From sequence record OR493421.1: 64,000 nt of DNA, one strand, 5' to 3'. Under the pieces are notes generated by a model that did not search any database, was not told where the DNA came from, and saw only the letters and a program-made list of their open reading frames with translations. The translations under genes were made by a program, and so were the position numbers. Shown here piece by piece: positions 47,185-56,281 of this stretch. Numbering within the stretch: the stretch's first letter is position 1; each line of letters starts with the position of its first letter.

Positions 47185-49233
47185 ATGTTAAACTATATCT
47201 TTGGGCCTGATGTTAAACAAGGACCGACTATTACGGAAATCAATCATGTTAACTTCCGTAACTTTAATGACGACATACAGACCGCGTATGGCACAAGCAC
47301 GCCAGGTCGTTATATGTTCAGACGGGTTGGATCCAATAAGTTCGTTACGGATAACTTTTTCTTATTGGAGTTGGATCATCTAATAACAAAGATCCTCCAG
47401 TCAAGAAATACTTGGAGTAGTCGCAAGAGCCTTAACGAACTCCAAATAAAACTCAGAACGGATACCTGGATAAAGGATACTGTTACCCCTACAGCTTATC
47501 CGATAGACAAAGCTTCTTTTTTAAAACAGTTTAAAATAAAACCTTATGATACTCAATGGGGTTTTATATCCACTTACAAGATGGTTAAGAAATCTCACCA
47601 CCTTAAAGGGCTTTTGCTGGACGCCAAAGCAGGTAGTGGAAAAACCTACACTAGCCTTATGTGGACCCGACTGACGGGAAATAAAAAACACATTATCATT
47701 TGCCCAGACGCAGGCATCAATACCGTCTGGAAGCTGCATATGGAAGAGAAGGTTTTTGTTGATCCTCCTAAGTATTGGAGTACCCGTCAAAATAAACCGT
47801 TTGATCCATCTTGCGAGTATTTCCTTATTCACATTGATTATACAAGAAACCCTGATTTCTTTAAGATCCTTGACCAAGTTTTCGAAGCGGCTGGTAAAGA
47901 CGGAGTTTCTCTCGTTGTAGACGAATCCCACAACTTTAACGAGCTGAGTTCTAAACAAACTCAGAATATCATTAAAGCTGCTGATCACTATCCGTTTAAC
48001 GATGCTCTTCCTATGTCAGGAACACCGCTAAAAGCCATGGCAAGGGAAGCATATTCGATCTTTGCACTGATAGACCCTTTCTTTAAAGGTAACGCCAGAG
48101 AGCGTTTCATGAAGTCTTACGGCCTATCCAGAGATAAGCTTAACAGCCTTCTGGCTCATCGGTTGGGTAGAACACGTTATGTCATTGATTCTCTCTTTGA
48201 TATGGGTGAAGAACCACCAGTAGAAATAGTCCCGGTTACCGTTCCTAATGGCGAACGATTCACGTTGAAAGCCATTAGACTGGAAATGCTCGCCTACATT
48301 CAGAACCGAGTCAAGTTCTACGAACAAAACATGCCGATGTTTTTGGCTTTCTTTAATCACGTTTTAGACGATTACGAAAGCTACGTTAAAGATGACAACG
48401 GTAAGTTGGGCGAACTGGTTAAATACAAACAGATCGTGAATCGGTTCAGAACTCACGGTTATAACAACTTTACTGACTCAGCTGATTCCCAGTACGCTAA
48501 GAACGTCGAAATCGACATTGAAGCTCGATTACGTGGGGAACAGCTGAAACAGTTCCGCAATATCAAATCGGCCGTTAAGTACGTTGGCTTGAAGATAAGA
48601 GGGGAGGCTTTAGGTAATGTGTTGGGTAAAGCACGCATAGAAGCGGTAAGAGCCGTTGTTGCTCACGCAGGACTTCCATCCATGATAAACAACGTAGAGA
48701 AGAAAACATTGATCTTTACGTCTTATGTGGATGTGCTGAATGAAGTCTATAGTGTGCTTAACAAGGAAGGGTTTAAACCGCTATTGATTTACGGTGATGC
48801 CGATCAGTCTAAAGACATTCTAATCAAACGGTTTGATACGGAACCTGATTTGAACCCAGCGGTTACCACCTTCAGATCTTTGAGGGAATCGGCGCACATG
48901 GTCGTGGCTAACCAGGAGATTCTCATGGATGCCCCTTGGAGGGATTACGAACTGAAACAGACCAAGGCGCGTATCTTCAGACAAGGTCAGGATAAACCTT
49001 GCTTCTTCTGGATGATAGAGTTGGATACCGGTAAAGAAATCAACATCATGACCCGGTCCATCGATATTCTACAGTGGTCGAGGGACAACGTTGAAGAGCT
49101 GTTATCTCAGAGTACACTGAATAATCCTTCATTGAGAGCCATCGGGGGAGAAGAGGCATTGGAGTTAATGGATTTCGAATTACCTACTATGCCGCTTCCT
49201 AAATCCACATCTTCAGTTTTAGATTTGTTCTAA
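47185..49233 (+). CDS. SF2 (SNF2-like) helicase
   Basis: LDAKAGSGKT, VVDESH, SGTP and QTKARIFRQGQ motifs. Confidence 0.9.
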   Translation: MLNYIFGPDVKQGPTITEINHVNFRNFNDDIQTAYGTSTPGRYMFRRVGSNKFVTDNFFLLELDHLITKILQSRNTWSSRKSLNELQIKLRTDTWIKDTVTPTAYPIDKASFLKQFKIKPYDTQWGFISTYKMVKKSHHLKGLLLDAKAGSGKTYTSLMWTRLTGNKKHIIICPDAGINTVWKLHMEEKVFVDPPKYWSTRQNKPFDPSCEYFLIHIDYTRNPDFFKILDQVFEAAGKDGVSLVVDESHNFNELSSKQTQNIIKAADHYPFNDALPMSGTPLKAMAREAYSIFALIDPFFKGNARERFMKSYGLSRDKLNSLLAHRLGRTRYVIDSLFDMGEEPPVEIVPVTVPNGERFTLKAIRLEMLAYIQNRVKFYEQNMPMFLAFFNHVLDDYESYVKDDNGKLGELVKYKQIVNRFRTHGYNNFTDSADSQYAKNVEIDIEARLRGEQLKQFRNIKSAVKYVGLKIRGEALGNVLGKARIEAVRAVVAHAGLPSMINNVEKKTLIFTSYVDVLNEVYSVLNKEGFKPLLIYGDADQSKDILIKRFDTEPDLNPAVTTFRSLRESAHMVVANQEILMDAPWRDYELKQTKARIFRQGQDKPCFFWMIELDTGKEINIMTRSIDILQWSRDNVEELLSQSTLNNPSLRAIGGEEALELMDFELPTMPLPKSTSSVLDLF

Positions 49234-49245
49234 AAACAAAAAAGC

Positions 49246-49284
49246 TAATAACTCCTACTCCCTTATCGGGAGTAGGAGTTATTA
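49246..49284. terminator. bidirectional terminator
   Basis: taataactcctactccc-ttatc-gggagtaggagttatta. Confidence 0.85.
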
Positions 49285-49827
49285 TTATGCCCACAACTTA
49301 ATGAGGTTAACTGGTTTGGTCTCTGACAACAAACCCGGGCCGATCTGTCCGTTACGGCCTACGAAGTTAAATTTACCCTCACTGACGCTGATTTCTGTAT
49401 TGCGAATATTGACCTCTTTCTCTTGACCGCCGATATAAGTCAGTAGGTCGTTGATATCACTTCGATAACCAGGGGAGAGGGAGAAATATCCCTGCTCCAT
49501 GTCACTGACGATAAACTGCCCGATGGCCTCCATCTTCCAATTGTCAGATCGGTTATCATTGGACTTGTAATGATAATCCCAGCTGACGATCTCACGAGCT
49601 GCATTACTGCGAATTAGATGCAGTGTGAGATCTTTATCTTTTCTCCCTAAGATGATCGCGTAACGAACATCCAAAAATACTTCCAGTTCGTCAAATTTAG
49701 CAACGAACTCTTTATTGTACCTGCCCTTTTCGAAAACATCTTCGAACAGGTGAATGGTGCGATGATGGCAAACGAGTTCGAACCCATTAACCAGCTGCGC
49801 TTTATTGTAACTGATGATTTCTGACAT
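49285..49827 (-). CDS. hypothetical protein
   Basis: 180-aa ORF, AGGA RBS. Confidence 0.7.
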   Translation of the reverse strand: MSEIISYNKAQLVNGFELVCHHRTIHLFEDVFEKGRYNKEFVAKFDELEVFLDVRYAIILGRKDKDLTLHLIRSNAAREIVSWDYHYKSNDNRSDNWKMEAIGQFIVSDMEQGYFSLSPGYRSDINDLLTYIGGQEKEVNIRNTEISVSEGKFNFVGRNGQIGPGLLSETKPVNLIKLWA

Positions 49828-49835
49828 GTTTTTTC

Positions 49836-50408
49836 CTAGCGTAATTCTGGTTTAAACCCTGGATTGAATCGATAATACAATCCACTGAAATTACCGTGTT
49901 GGTTAACGTACTTGATAACGCCATTATCAGATACGATATCGAGACAGATCCGTCCAAGCGAAGGATGCTGGAGCTTAAAACTTTTGAGACAACGATGAAG
50001 TAATTTACACATGATCCCCGTCGCCAACTTATTGCTACGGAGATTCATTTTCGATTCTCGATGCAGCAGGGACGAGAACACGCTGGCGTAAATGGAATGG
50101 TGATGGAATTCAGTCATGAGGAAACCAACCACTTTTGTGGTTTTTCTCCCAGTTCCAAACGAAACAAGTCTGATTTCAACCCCTTCCTTCACGGGCCAGA
50201 AAAGTAAAAACTGGTTCACGTCACCGACCTTAACCTTGATGTTTTCTGCGTCCACCCCTGGCACAAAAAAGTAGGTTTCTTTATTTTCGTCGATAACCCG
50301 AGTATCGTCGGTTAAGACGGTGATATCTTCATCTAATTCGTAGATGTCATTGGTGCGGTAGGGAACGTAGTCTTTATCAGTTCCGTGTTTAAGCTCGATG
50401 TATCCCAT
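49836..50408 (-). CDS. hypothetical protein
   Basis: 190-aa ORF, AGGA RBS. Confidence 0.7.
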   Translation of the reverse strand: MGYIELKHGTDKDYVPYRTNDIYELDEDITVLTDDTRVIDENKETYFFVPGVDAENIKVKVGDVNQFLLFWPVKEGVEIRLVSFGTGRKTTKVVGFLMTEFHHHSIYASVFSSLLHRESKMNLRSNKLATGIMCKLLHRCLKSFKLQHPSLGRICLDIVSDNGVIKYVNQHGNFSGLYYRFNPGFKPELR

Positions 50409-50421
50409 GACGATTATTCCT

Positions 50422-50715
50422 TTAACGTTTGAATCTGAAACCCACTGATTTATTATTGTGCGTCACCGTAATTCGCGTGACCCGTCCTTGGCTGTCGGTT
50501 TGTGGGGAAATTGTCAGCCCGTCTTGCTTACTGGAAATGGCCTTTAAGAGCGGACTGAGCGCGGCAAGCTTAGGGGTGTGATACGTTACGCTTACCACGT
50601 TAATGAGTAACTTACGCCACTTCCAGGTATCGAAATAACCTTTATCAGGATTGCTTTCGTTGAAGGTATGAGAAAATACGAGTTCCTTGCAAACCTTGAC
50701 TAAATCATAAAACAT
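50422..50715 (-). CDS. hypothetical protein
   Basis: 97-aa ORF, GAGGA RBS. Confidence 0.7.
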   Translation of the reverse strand: MFYDLVKVCKELVFSHTFNESNPDKGYFDTWKWRKLLINVVSVTYHTPKLAALSPLLKAISSKQDGLTISPQTDSQGRVTRITVTHNNKSVGFRFKR

Positions 50716-50727
50716 AATCAGTTCCTC

Positions 50728-50934
50728 TTATAAGCAGCCGCAGTTAGATTTGGTATATTTTGGATGTTCTAAAGCTTGTTCGGTATCGGCGTTATCTTGA
50801 TAACGACATCCTGCCACGACAACAATAGAAAACGCAATAATTAACATCGCCCCAGTTCCTTTCTTCTTCATTACCCAGATAAAGGAAAGAATGGAGATTA
50901 CGATAAAACAAACTTCAATTGCGTCATACAACAT
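50728..50934 (-). CDS. small membrane protein / putative lipoprotein
   Basis: Two hydrophobic segments, KKK n-region and lipobox-like VVAGC. Confidence 0.6.
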   Translation of the reverse strand: MLYDAIEVCFIVISILSFIWVMKKKGTGAMLIIAFSIVVVAGCRYQDNADTEQALEHPKYTKSNCGCL

Positions 50935-50962
50935 GGTGTTATGTCCTAAATGAACGTTGGTG

Positions 50963-50970
50963 GTTATATA
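50963..50970 (-). promoter_or_regulatory. early promoter variant TATATAAC
   Basis: Intergenic, after a terminator, T-tract upstream. Confidence 0.55.
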
Positions 50971-50996
50971 TTAAAAAAGTCAGTTATAATTAACGA

Positions 50997-51031
50997 ACTA
51001 CTCCTACGCCCCGTTAAGGACGTAGGAGTAG
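50997..51031. terminator. intrinsic terminator
   Basis: ctactcctacg...cgtaggagtag inverted repeat. Confidence 0.7.
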
Positions 51032-51039
51032 GTTACTTA

Positions 51040-51516
51040 TTACGGCAGTTGGCCGTCGGCCACCGGAGCCGCTTCGATAACGACCAGATCGACTTCAGCA
51101 ACGATAGTAGACGTTGCGAAGCTAACCTTTTTGGTTTCGGTGTCTACTGCGACCGTGCCTTCTTCGAAAGCATATCCGAGGATTTCTTCGATTTTGGCTT
51201 CGGTAGCATTTTCAGCCGTCAACGCAAAGTAAGGCGTGCCGTCGGTCTTCAGGAAGATACCTTCGGTTGTGCCTGCTTCATCCTGCGTGACGGGAGCAAA
51301 GGCTGGATCGAGGCCGAACACGCCTTTAAATGTACCCGGTTTCCAGGTTACCGACAGAAGCTTGGTTGTGCCGTCCGGACGCATGATATCACCGGCGTAA
51401 CGATCGATTTCTGGTTTTTCAACCACATTGACGATCGAACCACCTTCCATCAGTACGGCCAGGCCTGGGTTAAGCCCAATGAAAAATTTGAGCACTAAAT
51501 CGAGCAGGTTTTTCAT
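51040..51516 (-). CDS. hypothetical acidic protein
   Basis: 158 aa, GAGGA RBS, biased codons. Confidence 0.75.
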   Translation of the reverse strand: MKNLLDLVLKFFIGLNPGLAVLMEGGSIVNVVEKPEIDRYAGDIMRPDGTTKLLSVTWKPGTFKGVFGLDPAFAPVTQDEAGTTEGIFLKTDGTPYFALTAENATEAKIEEILGYAFEEGTVAVDTETKKVSFATSTIVAEVDLVVIEAAPVADGQLP

Positions 51517-51559
51517 CTTAATCCTCTTTACAGTGATGAGCTAATTAGCATAACATTAA

Positions 51560-52054
51560 TTAGCTAATTAAGAGCTCTTCGATGATTTTTAATTGCAATC
51601 CACGAGAAGCCCATTCGAAGCCATCGAGTGTGACTTCGCCGTTTTCGTCGAGATAAATGCTGTGGGCGTTAACCGGGGAAACCAGTGGTGCTCTTACGTC
51701 TCTTGGAAGATGTCCATTATAAGGCTTATGTGCCTTATCGGTGATCATCGCCTTAATCGGCTCAAACAACATTTTCAGTTGGAACCCTTTACCGTAGTCA
51801 ATCCCAATAGCGTAGACTTCTTTGCCGATCGCATTGAAATAATCCCATAACCCCTCCTTATCAAAAATGCTATCAGAGAAGTCGAACTTACGGACGTCTT
51901 TGGTGAGCTTGTTCCGGAAGATACATTTGACCACACCACTCTCCGTAATCTTGACCGAGAGATAGAAGTATTCATCTTCTAACTGCAGGATGTTGGAAGG
52001 CCAAATAAACGCTGATCTGTGTTCACTCAGAATATTTACAAGTTGACTCATCAT
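51560..52054 (-). CDS. hypothetical protein
   Basis: Start set at MMSQLVN behind AGGAG and the promoter motif. Confidence 0.7.
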   Translation of the reverse strand: MMSQLVNILSEHRSAFIWPSNILQLEDEYFYLSVKITESGVVKCIFRNKLTKDVRKFDFSDSIFDKEGLWDYFNAIGKEVYAIGIDYGKGFQLKMLFEPIKAMITDKAHKPYNGHLPRDVRAPLVSPVNAHSIYLDENGEVTLDGFEWASRGLQLKIIEELLIS

Positions 52055-52104
52055 GATGTTAGCTCCTAAAAAGGAAAATAAAAACGTACTATGCTTACAC
52101 CATG

Positions 52105-52112
52105 ATAATGTA
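52105..52112 (-). promoter_or_regulatory. early promoter variant TACATTAT
   Basis: Context tctacattatcatggtgtaagc nearly matches tctatattaccatgatgtaaac at 169-190. Confidence 0.65.
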
Positions 52113-52132
52113 GATCTCAAAATAAATATAAG

Positions 52133-52720
52133 TTAATCTTCTTTGTATTTGCCTTCGAAGAAATGATACCTGCAAACGGCGTGATACAGCTCATTACCGC
52201 CGACAACCATATTTCCCCCTGACGTGGTTTCCCTTACCACTTTACCATCGACAACCATCATGTTGTGAGTTGCCTTTTTACCACACCAACAAATCGATTT
52301 GCATTCAACCAGTTTATCAGCGTGACGCAATAAGAAATCAGAGCCCGGGAACCCTTTTCCGTCATAGGCGTTCCGGAGACCATAGCAGAGAAGAGGAATG
52401 TCGTAATTATCGCACAAGGTCATTAGTCCGGCCAGTGTATGCGGGGAGACGAATTGAACCTCGTCGATAAATATAGCCGAAACACCTTTGTTATTATGAA
52501 TAAGATCGACTAATTCATCGTCGTTATCAGGAATGAAAACACATTCGCTTTCTAATCCTATCCTTGATTTAATTATCGCGTCTTCTCCTTCTCTATTATC
52601 GAGTTTAGGCTTAAGAAGTAAGACGGACATCCCTCTTTCAGTGTAGTTGTAGGCTGATTGTAATAAACCGGTAGTCTTCCCGGAATTCATCGAAGAGAAG
52701 TAGAAATAAATTTTAGCCAT
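52133..52720 (-). CDS. tdk: thymidine kinase
   Basis: SMNSGKT, FIDEVQF, YGLR, zinc-binding CWCG and AVCR. Confidence 0.95.
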   Translation of the reverse strand: MAKIYFYFSSMNSGKTTGLLQSAYNYTERGMSVLLLKPKLDNREGEDAIIKSRIGLESECVFIPDNDDELVDLIHNNKGVSAIFIDEVQFVSPHTLAGLMTLCDNYDIPLLCYGLRNAYDGKGFPGSDFLLRHADKLVECKSICWCGKKATHNMMVVDGKVVRETTSGGNMVVGGNELYHAVCRYHFFEGKYKED

Positions 52721-52755
52721 GAGTGAGATAACCTTAAAAAATAAAAAAGCATTAT

Positions 52756-52785
52756 TATTCCTCTACCCACGTGGGTAGAGGAATA
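52756..52785. terminator. perfect 30-bp palindrome / terminator
   Basis: tattcctctacccac-gtgggtagaggaata. Confidence 0.8.
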
Positions 52786-52788
52786 GTA

Positions 52789-53046
52789 TCACATGAATAC
52801 AAAGAACAGAGCTCTAACCATCCCCCAGAGTGATGAAGGTTTTTTATCGTCTCTTATTGTTCTTTGCGGTGGGTTTGAGAAAGTGGGTAACTTTCGAAGA
52901 GGAATTTCACCAGTAACTGTTAGCTTAGTTCTGGCGTCGACAATTTCCCCCGAACGATCCAACTGAATCGGAGCGGAGGATGAATCGCTGTAATTATTAT
53001 GTTGTCTATTATTAGAATTTTTAATTGACGAAGTGTTAACGCCCAT
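52789..53046 (-). CDS. small disordered protein with hydrophobic C-terminus
   Basis: 85 aa Ser/Asn-rich, ending LWGMVRALFFVFM. Confidence 0.55.
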   Translation of the reverse strand: MGVNTSSIKNSNNRQHNNYSDSSSAPIQLDRSGEIVDARTKLTVTGEIPLRKLPTFSNPPQRTIRDDKKPSSLWGMVRALFFVFM

Positions 53047-53088
53047 AAAAATTCTCCCAATGGGGAAGTTTCCTTCCCCTAAAACGCA

Positions 53089-54666
53089 TCAGGGAATATC
53101 CGCACCACCTGCACGACTACCGATAATTAACGTATCGGTGCTCGCCAAAGAGATAGCAGTGCTGACACCAGCCCTTAACGCAGTGACTGTGGCTAACTGC
53201 GCATCCCAGACGTTGATGTCTTGAGGATGCTTACCGGTTTCCCCAGTAGCCAGATTGACATAGACTAATTCAGGATCATTGAATTCCCGACCCATCAACA
53301 TGTGAAGCTGCTCGCCCAATACATCGGCGTACAGTTTCACTATAGAATCGTCAGGATATTTCTTCACCAGCTCACTACCAACATAAGCCAATGAATAACC
53401 AATGCCCGGAAGGACGCCGTTAGTTAACGCTGATGCGATAGCCCGACCGACGTCTTCAAATCGATCCAGTCGTTCTTTGATGTCGGAAGCGGTTTCTCCT
53501 CCAACGGTTACAGTCACTCGGTTACCCATCAGAGTAGAGATACGGTGTCTCAGGATCTTCGCCAAAGGCGTGTGTTTCTGAGCAGCTGGCAAGTTATCGA
53601 TTTGATCTTTAATTTGCCCGATGCGCTTTACTGTGCGTTCCGAGACTTCATCAGATACACTACCCACGAAGAATGCCGCGCCCTTTACCGTAATGTTTTC
53701 AATACAGTGTACCTCATAGTCACGAGACTTCCAACCTAAATAGTCCACATCAGGACTTAACCCCAGTACGGTTGCAATATCTCCAATGATCCCCACTCCC
53801 GCTGTTCCGATAGCCTGAACCCGCACAGGAATGAAAACGGGTTCCTCCACCAGTTTCTGCTTCAGCATAACGTGATTCATTTTGTTCATCACCATCAGGG
53901 TGTGTTCGTCGAATTCACGTGCGATAACGATAGTCTGACGATATCCCCTTTTAGTGATCTCATCGAAGAGCTTCAGGAATTCCGACTCGTCATCTGGAAT
54001 ACTGAACTTCCCTTCAAAGATGCACGCATAACCCGATTCGATCGTAATCGGGCTTCCACTTCCATCTTTAGTGAAAGTAGGGTGCGCGTACCCGCCTGTG
54101 AATTCCTTGCCCTTACTGTATTCGATCTCGTCAATACCTGTTACGCCCCGACGATAATCAATCATGGGATCGGGTATGGTCTTAAAGATATCGTAGAGCT
54201 TATCCACGATATCCAGATCGTTATTACTGGTTGTTAACGCCAGATTGTGAAGTACCGGACTGTCAAGAGAAATAACCTTCGTCATTCCTTTGAGCATTTC
54301 GATCGTTTCTTTGGTTAACTCTTCCACCCGGCGTTTGGTCATGAAATCCAGTTTATCTTTAAAGGCGTTATAAAACGCTCTTGTTAAGAATACGGTGGTG
54401 GTGGTCCCATCGCCACATTCGGCATCCGTTTTGATTGAGGCTTCGGTGATCATCTTGGCGATGATGTCCATTGCGCGATCATCCAAACGGATAGAGCGCG
54501 CTACCGTCACCCCATCCTTGGTCATTTTAGGATTACCCGTTTCGTCAATAACAACCAGCTTGCCGTTAGGGCCCATGGTCGAGGTTACCGCGGTTGCAAC
54601 GAGCTCTACGGTGTTATCAATAATTTGACGGGTTTCTGCTTTTACTTTTACGCCACGAACGTTCAC
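53089..54666 (-). CDS. groL: GroEL-like phage chaperonin
   Basis: STMGPNG, KDGVTVA, GDGTTT, FEDV and GVLPG motifs; 525 aa; no GGM tail. Confidence 0.93.
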   Translation of the reverse strand: MNVRGVKVKAETRQIIDNTVELVATAVTSTMGPNGKLVVIDETGNPKMTKDGVTVARSIRLDDRAMDIIAKMITEASIKTDAECGDGTTTTVFLTRAFYNAFKDKLDFMTKRRVEELTKETIEMLKGMTKVISLDSPVLHNLALTTSNNDLDIVDKLYDIFKTIPDPMIDYRRGVTGIDEIEYSKGKEFTGGYAHPTFTKDGSGSPITIESGYACIFEGKFSIPDDESEFLKLFDEITKRGYRQTIVIAREFDEHTLMVMNKMNHVMLKQKLVEEPVFIPVRVQAIGTAGVGIIGDIATVLGLSPDVDYLGWKSRDYEVHCIENITVKGAAFFVGSVSDEVSERTVKRIGQIKDQIDNLPAAQKHTPLAKILRHRISTLMGNRVTVTVGGETASDIKERLDRFEDVGRAIASALTNGVLPGIGYSLAYVGSELVKKYPDDSIVKLYADVLGEQLHMLMGREFNDPELVYVNLATGETGKHPQDINVWDAQLATVTALRAGVSTAISLASTDTLIIGSRAGGADIP

Positions 54667-54710
54667 GATGTCAATACTCCTAAAAAGATTATGGTTAGTG
54701 CATCAAGACG

Positions 54711-54718
54711 GTGATATA
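54711..54718 (-). promoter_or_regulatory. early promoter variant TATATCAC upstream of the chaperonin
   Basis: One mismatch, T-tract upstream, TG 5 nt downstream. Confidence 0.6.
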
Positions 54719-54756
54719 GATCCAAAATTCTTTAACGTATAATAGGTGTCTTGGTT

Positions 54757-55215
54757 TTAAATAACCCAGTTAAATTGTTCCGGTTGCATCGCCTTAAGTC
54801 TTTTAGAGACTGTTAATAAATCAAACATTTTGTACTCCCGACCTGATTTGTTTAGCAGGGCTTGGAATTCGTCAAAGGTACAGTTATAGTGATAGAAAGC
54901 GGCCTTAGCGACGTGCATGTTGTTACAGTAGTCGGAGTCTCCCCCTGTTTGAAAGGCTTTTAACAAATTAGAGGGTAACGGAATACGACGATCGAGACTT
55001 AACGTTTTATAGTTGAAAAGCGTACTGTAACAAACACCGTGCTCATTCACTGAGATAGCGGAAGATAACGTACTGTCGTTATTTTCATGAAAGGGAATGA
55101 AAGCCCATCGTTTGTCACCATCCAATAAGAACTCGACGTGAGGAGTATTGTCCTCTAACATAAAGATGTTCGCTACGCTGTCGACGATAACCCGCTTGTT
55201 AAGATAAAAGAGCAT
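54757..55215 (-). CDS. hypothetical protein, possible degenerate Ntn-hydrolase fold
   Basis: YLNKRVIVDS and AFQTGG...VAKAAF loosely follow HslV-like patterns; no N-terminal Thr. Confidence 0.5.
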   Translation of the reverse strand: MLFYLNKRVIVDSVANIFMLEDNTPHVEFLLDGDKRWAFIPFHENNDSTLSSAISVNEHGVCYSTLFNYKTLSLDRRIPLPSNLLKAFQTGGDSDYCNNMHVAKAAFYHYNCTFDEFQALLNKSGREYKMFDLLTVSKRLKAMQPEQFNWVI

Positions 55216-55756
55216 TTTTAATTTCCTTTTTGGTAGCTTTCTTAATAAGAGTGAGGTCTTTTTGATGGATCACATCAACTTCATTTTCATCGGTGTGGAG
55301 AATGAGATTGGCTTCCATCAGTGCTTGACGAATTACTTCCCCTGGGAGATCGAGACCGGCGACCATATGGTTGTTTAAAAAAGGATAGGTGACCGCGCCA
55401 TCCAAACGAATTTGAACTTCTAAAACACCCTGTTTTTCATTTAACTGAATTGAGTAAAAATGTCTCGCGGATATGACGATGAGTGGATCGCAGGATTTAA
55501 GACTACAATGAATAAATTCGTCTTCCTTTACCAGACCTTTTTCGAATCTGAGTAAATAGTTAAGAACCAATGGAACGATCTCTTCTTTTTGTTCGCCACA
55601 GAAGACATAACAAAAATGATTGTCAGGAGATATTTTTAGTTTACTTTCGGTGTAGCGTGAAACCGAAGATACTGTTTTGTTGATCTGCTTGTAATCCAGT
55701 ATATAACGGTCCGCACTTAACGATTTTTCTTTTACAACCCCTACGATAATGGTCAT
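55199..55756 (-). CDS. HslV/proteasome-beta-like Ntn-fold protein
   Basis: M-T-I-I-V-G start, SAD, K and FCG at HslV-like spacing; LPGEVIRQALMEA resembles HslV LSAREIAEKALDIA. Confidence 0.6.
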   Translation of the reverse strand: MTIIVGVVKEKSLSADRYILDYKQINKTVSSVSRYTESKLKISPDNHFCYVFCGEQKEEIVPLVLNYLLRFEKGLVKEDEFIHCSLKSCDPLIVISARHFYSIQLNEKQGVLEVQIRLDGAVTYPFLNNHMVAGLDLPGEVIRQALMEANLILHTDENEVDVIHQKDLTLIKKATKKEIKNALLS

Positions 55757-55788
55757 GTTTTATCCTAAAAAATAAATTAATAAATAGC

Positions 55789-55812
55789 GTGGGAGCCCTT
55801 GCGGACTCCCAC
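55789..55812. terminator. putative terminator
   Basis: gtgggag...ctcccac hairpin with adjacent A-tract. Confidence 0.6.
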
Positions 55813-55817
55813 CATGA

Positions 55818-56192
55818 TTAATGCGTCGCCACCCGTCCTTTAAATGCAGGGGAGTTACCCTTCATCACATTTTTACGAACGGGGTCCAGCTTGCCGAGCT
55901 TCATGTAATCCACGGCGGATTCAACGGTAACAAAGTTACTCACTTTACCGCGATTGCCTTTAAAGACAACCTCGTAGTTAAGTTTCAGTTTATCCGCGAT
56001 TTTCATCAGCGTATTGAGGGATACGTACTGGACGTGCTCGTTGCAGATGGCGGAGATGGTGCTCGTACTCACCCCACAATACTCCGCGATGGAGCGCTGA
56101 GTTTCTGTTTTGTTCAGATGTTGCAGGATGTAAGAAAGACGAATGGAAAATGCTTCTTTGGAAGAGACGATAGAAAAATGTTGATAACGCAT
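55818..56192 (-). CDS. XRE/Cro-like helix-turn-helix protein
   Basis: TQRSIAEYCGVSTSTISAICN...SLNTLMKIADKL. Confidence 0.88.
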   Translation of the reverse strand: MRYQHFSIVSSKEAFSIRLSYILQHLNKTETQRSIAEYCGVSTSTISAICNEHVQYVSLNTLMKIADKLKLNYEVVFKGNRGKVSNFVTVESAVDYMKLGKLDPVRKNVMKGNSPAFKGRVATH

Positions 56193-56253
56193 ACGGGCGT
56201 ACTCCTTGGTGATGTTGATGAAGACCTAAAAGTTTTATGTTTGAGACACTGTG

Positions 56254-56261
56254 GTAATATC
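56254..56261 (-). promoter_or_regulatory. early promoter variant GATATTAC
   Basis: One mismatch, T-tract upstream, TG 5 nt downstream. Confidence 0.55.
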
Positions 56262-56281
56262 GATTTAAAAAATTATGGAAG

